From: Dimorphilus gyrociliatus
Lineage: Eukaryota > Animalia > Annelida
Direction: 5' to 3'
Assembly: GCA_904063045.1 (NCBI GenBank)
Contig: CAJFCJ010000047.1
Location: 24,321-88,320, forward strand
Length of the DNA: 64,000 bases
This document shows, piece by piece, positions 59,560 through 64,000 of the stretch. The position numbers and the translations under genes were made by a program. The notes beneath the pieces are model-generated. The model was not told the origin of the DNA. It saw nothing but the letters and a program-made list of their open reading frames with translations, and did not search any database. Positions within the stretch are counted from its first letter, which is position 1. Each line of letters starts with the position of its first letter.

Positions 59560-60300
59560 AATATTATAATTTTATTTTTTATAAAATGGTAATGTCACAA
59601 AATTTTCATTGTTTGAAACTGATCATAGCCAACCACATAAACTGCTTGACAAACTGAATCACAAAGGCAAATGTAATTACAATGAACAACTGAGAAAGTT
59701 GCCATTAAACTCAGCAGTTATTTGATAATCAATTGGTGTGTAGACACGAATCCCTGTATTTTCAAATTCTTGAGTATTCTTAATGCAAAACAGTTGTTGG
59801 CCAAAGATTTTGACTTCAAAGGTATTATTAACTTCATTTGATGTTGGCCATGGAAATCTGACTTTAAGTGATTGTTCTTGGTAAGTATGACAAGTGTCTT
59901 GTTGATTATCAAATAGAATATAAGCATGGTCAATGATTGCGTTTGCAATGGCTAATTCTTTCTGGTGAAACTCATAAGTGTTTTCAAATCCTCCATTCAA
60001 TCCACCAATGAAACATGTTAGCCTATTATCTCTCGAACGTATTTGCAGAAATACATAAAGAGTGCTAGCTGGTGATTGACATTTGTGTTTCAAAAAACAG
60101 AGATTATTCATAGTAATTGCAGTTACTATACAATAAGTTTCTGTTGAACACCAGTTAGTACAAAGTGTGGGTGATTGATGATTTTCATGTGAAATGTCAT
60201 TCCATGGACAATTGTGAGCTTCTATCAGCATAAAACCAGACCTTTCTATTCAGGAAACATCCATATCCCAACTCGTAACAATGGTAACAAAAAATAACTA
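59560..60300 (-). pseudogene. PAN-like + DxxxxTC-family secreted gene, degenerate
   Basis: LCTNWCSTETYC...NNLCFLKHKC; LFDNQQDTCHTY; SCSL/CNYICLC; stop and frameshifts at both ends. Confidence 0.5.
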
Positions 60301-60456
60301 AAAAATTTTAGGTTCATCCACACTTAATAATGTTGAATGAGAATATATAACTCTTTCTGAGTAGAATACAATTCATAGTTTTTTAGAATCTCAAAATTCA
60401 AATTTTCTATTAAAACATTCTTGCAATTTTGCATTCCATTTATATATATTCAAAAG

Positions 60457-60476
60457 GGTTAGGGTTAGGGTTAGGT
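60457..60476 (+). repeat. Short interstitial (TTAGGG)n tract
   Basis: AGGGTTAGGGTTAGGGTTAGG. Confidence 0.8.
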
Positions 60477-60892
60477 TTAAATTAAAATCTTTATACTCGT
60501 TAGAGTCATTGTCAAGGTTTGTTCTACTGTAATGTTGTAGACATGATAAGGAATTTTCTGTCATATCCGTCTAAGGCTGCCAACAGGCAACTTCACCTAC
60601 TACTGTCCATTTCATAGCTCTATAGATTGGTAATCGCTTGGTCGATTTTGCTCAAATTTTTTCCAGTGGTTCAGTTCAAGTAGATCGGAGTAGTTTAGAA
60701 TTAGAAGGGTGATTTGTAATGGAATTGTGTGGGATAGAATATTTTGTTTCTCTCTTCTAAGACAAAAATGACAATAAATAGCGTTCAACAACAAAATTGA
60801 ATTTTTTTTTTCCATATGACCTTCTTTATTAAAGGAGAAATACGAAACGTCTAGTCTATTCAATTTTAATTTGAAATTAAATAGTGAATTTG

Positions 60893-60918
60893 GAGAGAGA
60901 GAGAGAGAGAGAGAGAGA
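60893..60918. repeat. (GA)n microsatellite
   Basis: gagagagagagagagagagagaga. Confidence 0.9.
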
Positions 60919-61020
60919 AGACGAAAAGAATTATTGTTTTTAGAGTATTTATTAATAAATGAAAAGCAATTAGATATTTTTCATTTCAGAAGAAAGGAAG
61001 CCGAATAAACGAGAAAAGAT

Positions 61021-62950
61021 ATGAATTCTAGAATTATTTGTATTGTTTCTTTAATATTTTCTATTGAAATGATGGCAATTATTTTCTGTGAATTCTGCCA
61101 AAAGGAAATTATAAAAAAGTAAAAATTTATTGTTTGTCTTGTTTATCTTTGTTTTTTATAAAATGTTAAATTAATTTGAATAAATTCCAGATTAAATGTT
61201 TCATTTGACAAGAAATCATTTTCAATAGAACGCCCCCATAGCCAGTTATTAGTAAAATTCCCAAATGATGAGCATAGTTATCACTTAACTTTTAATAAAA
61301 ATCATTATGAATTCCAAAGAAATTTTCCCTTTGAAATATGCAAATCATTAGGTTTTGATGAGATTTCGGCAATTGCCTTTACTTGTCCTTCGCTAGAAAG
61401 TTTGTTGAATAATAATTTTGTTTATTTAAGCCTATATCTATTGAATATTGAAGCGTTACGATATGTTGAAATGGAATGTTCAATTCGTGGATGCCAATTG
61501 TAATTATTAATAAATACTATTTGATAATAATTATATATTGCCTTGTTTAGCATCAGTAAGACAGTTTGTCAAAAAGGAACAAAGTTTCTGATGAACGCCT
61601 ATTGTTTAAAATGTAAAAAGACGACAGAAGCCTGTAATGAAGATATAAATTCATTCAGGTTGTTTTTATACGTTTCTTTGTTTCGTTGTAGATTACTACT
61701 CAGCAAGGGAAAATCAGGGAGAACACGTAAAAAATTTCCTCTATGTTCGATTCAAAAGCAAAAGTTTTCATTTTTGCTATAGATATCACTCTTCTCCACT
61801 TGGTTGTAAGTTGAATGATATACCATTGCGCAATGGTATCCCAAGTAATTGAGTTGAATTTTATCAACTTTTCAGTGCCTTACAATCCAAGAAATATCTA
61901 TTGTTTTAACAACTGTAAAACAGTTGTTGTAGAATTTAAGCGGTCATTTCTAAGTAGATATTATTACGTAACGAAAAATTTAACGGATGTACCAATTGAA
62001 AAAGATACGCACATAGAAAATTTAATTAAACTTAAAGCACATACTAGACCATCCAGGATAAAAACTACATTAAAATCGTGTAGACATGTTTTCATCAATG
62101 ATAGTAAGATATCTATTGAAGGGCAAAAATTAACTTTGGCTCATATTGGTATTAACAAATCCCGCTTATTCCAACATCAACAAATCCAAAATTTACGATA
62201 TTTTCCAATATTAATTAAAAAAGGTTTGTAATCGTTGTTGGTCTGGTAGAAGAAGCACATTTCTATGCTTATTCGGGTTTCAGAGGAAACACAACTTTTG
62301 AGTGGCAAACAGAAAGAATTGTTTTTTAAAAAAATTTGCCATTATGACACATATCATTATTCAAAATTCGCCAATTGTTCAGCTAAACATGGCTTTAATT
62401 TTAATGGTTATATTCTACAAAGGTATATATCTTATCCATGAGAGAGAGAGAGGGGATTGTCATAAGCCTATATCTCACATATAGCCCCTTTGAACCCTAT
62501 GATTACACAAGATTTTATCATAATTATCAAAATGGAGTTTTTGACTATGAAAAATATTTCTATTGCCTAGAGATATATTGTAAGGACAGAGTGATAACTA
62601 AAAACGGTTTGCATCATTTCTCCGAGAGAGAGAGAGAGACTTTCTTGTCTCTCAAACATCAATGATTAATTCAACTTTCATCAATGTTTTTCTAAAGATA
62701 TAAAGATATTCGATTTCAATACAAACATGACTTTTACGAAGAATAATGCAAGCAGATATGAAACAATTACTGGACTTGTTGGTATAGGCACTGGAAAATA
62801 TATGACATATTTCAACTTGCGACGTAAGGATAGTTTACAGGTGAAATATTTGAATGTTTGTCAAAATAAGAAGGCTAGAACTAAATAGAATGGTTTTTCT
62901 CAGTATTTGTGTAGATATTTTCAACATGAATACGGAAGAATCGAGGATCG
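61021..62950 (+). CDS. Multi-exon putative secreted protein with SRCR-like module (unresolved)
   Basis: MNSRIICIVSLIFSIEMMAIIFC signal-like exon; open frame ...FEICKSLGFDEIS...ECSIRGCQL; further Cys-containing exons similar in style to the N-terminus of the 45165-49488 gene. Confidence 0.35.
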
Positions 62951-63270
62951 AGTCGTTATGACAGATATTTCCTTTCCGAAAGGCTCAGATTGTTATGTTA
63001 AAAAGTGCAACAAGTTTTATGGAGCTTTCTTACGTAATCAATTCGAATCGGTTCTCTCGACGGTTGGGTAAATTTATAATATACCCTTATATGAAAGGGT
63101 CAGAGAAGTAGGCGTCTCCAGTCTTCTAAATTATAAATGACGCTTGCTTCCGCATGTCAATTCAGTCCATATAGACTCTAATGACTTTTATCCAACAGAG
63201 ACAATAAGAATTTTTTGAAACGATTCTACAGATTATTTCATAATGAAGACACTGGCGGCTCGTATATTAG

Positions 63271-63546
63271 ATGCTATCGAAACGATACATACGGTTAGCC
63301 TTCTTTCAATTGCTTTCCCTAGTTACTTCAACCGATGGTGTAGATTGCCCTGATGAAGGATATGTCTTCAAAAATAAGTGCTACGCATATCCCGAATACG
63401 TGATAAAGTTGTTTGAACATGGAGAGGAAATTGAAAGCCTTTGTAAAAGACACGGCATGGAAGCTTTCGTCCTAGAATCTTTGGAAGAATACTATTATTT
63501 CCTCGAACATCCTTACATAATTCCAAAAAATTGGGTAACCGTTTGA
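63271..63546 (+). CDS. C-type lectin-like domain protein, first exon or fragment
   Basis: Signal RLAFFQLLSLVTST; DCPDEGYVFKNKCY...ESLCKRHG..AFVLESLEEYYYF matches the CTLD N-terminal pattern. Confidence 0.55.
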   Translation: MLSKRYIRLAFFQLLSLVTSTDGVDCPDEGYVFKNKCYAYPEYVIKLFEHGEEIESLCKRHGMEAFVLESLEEYYYFLEHPYIIPKNWVTV

Positions 63547-64000
63547 CATATATTAACTTGTTACCGCTCCATAGATTACAATTGTTTTATCCCCAAAGGA
63601 AAAAGTATTGCCGTCTCCGTTAATGTTCAGTCGGTGTCGTCTGCTTCGATTGTTTGTCTATTAATTCAAAGCTGTTCAAAATGCTTTCAGAATTGGTTAG
63701 AAAAGTCGACATCTACGGAAGAACTATTCTGCTAAGTGGACTCGTCCCTTTAGAAGTTATTGCACCAACGATTCCTCTTACTTTTGTTAAAAGACAGTAA
63801 GCTATACTGTACCCCCTACCTTTACAATATGAACTCGGCCAATAATCATGTTGTTCCCAAGGAAAAATTGCTACAGATACATAAGAAGCTTCACAACGTC
63901 GTACCAAACCAACCAGGACTGCGGCTACATAGACGCCTTATACGGCTTTTATATTGCCGATTGCCAAAATGCGGAATACGCCACTAGGGCTTGTCATAAG

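Noticed and set aside
60457-60476. Chromosome end or telomere fusion site
   Set aside because: Only about 3 units in mid-sequence; similar motifs occur in the MITE family and other fragments (7345, 27019, 28018, 48375).
1-64000. tRNA, rRNA or snRNA genes
   Set aside because: No recognisable cloverleaf or conserved RNA-gene motif seen by eye; a covariance-model search was not run.

Overview
AT-rich animal genomic DNA with short GT-AG introns (about 48-90 bp) and standard genetic code. It looks like a compact-genome invertebrate; an annelid such as Dimorphilus is only a guess. It is a transposon-rich accessory region full of lineage-expanded extracellular and immune-like genes, many carrying premature stops or frameshifts. 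These include EGF-cadherin, ABCC C-terminus, furin-repeat/Ly6, LamG, ZYG-11-like, RI-like LRR, F5/8C-like, PAN and LDLa-LRR (GRL101-like) genes. Apparently intact genes are a CD225/dispanin, a GPI-type 3-Ig protein, a Caspr-like/F5/8C protein and two small PAN/apple proteins. The centre (29.6-40.7 kb) is a transposon pile. It holds a Gypsy gag-pro-RT with a 63-bp-period SIM-like repeat, then a Phantom-type Mutator element containing a nested second Phantom whose 9-bp TSD duplicates a splice acceptor, then a Tc1 and a third Phantom. A ~200-bp MITE family with telomere-like TTAGGG units shares terminal motifs with the Phantoms. All calls come from reading and hand translation; no searches were run.
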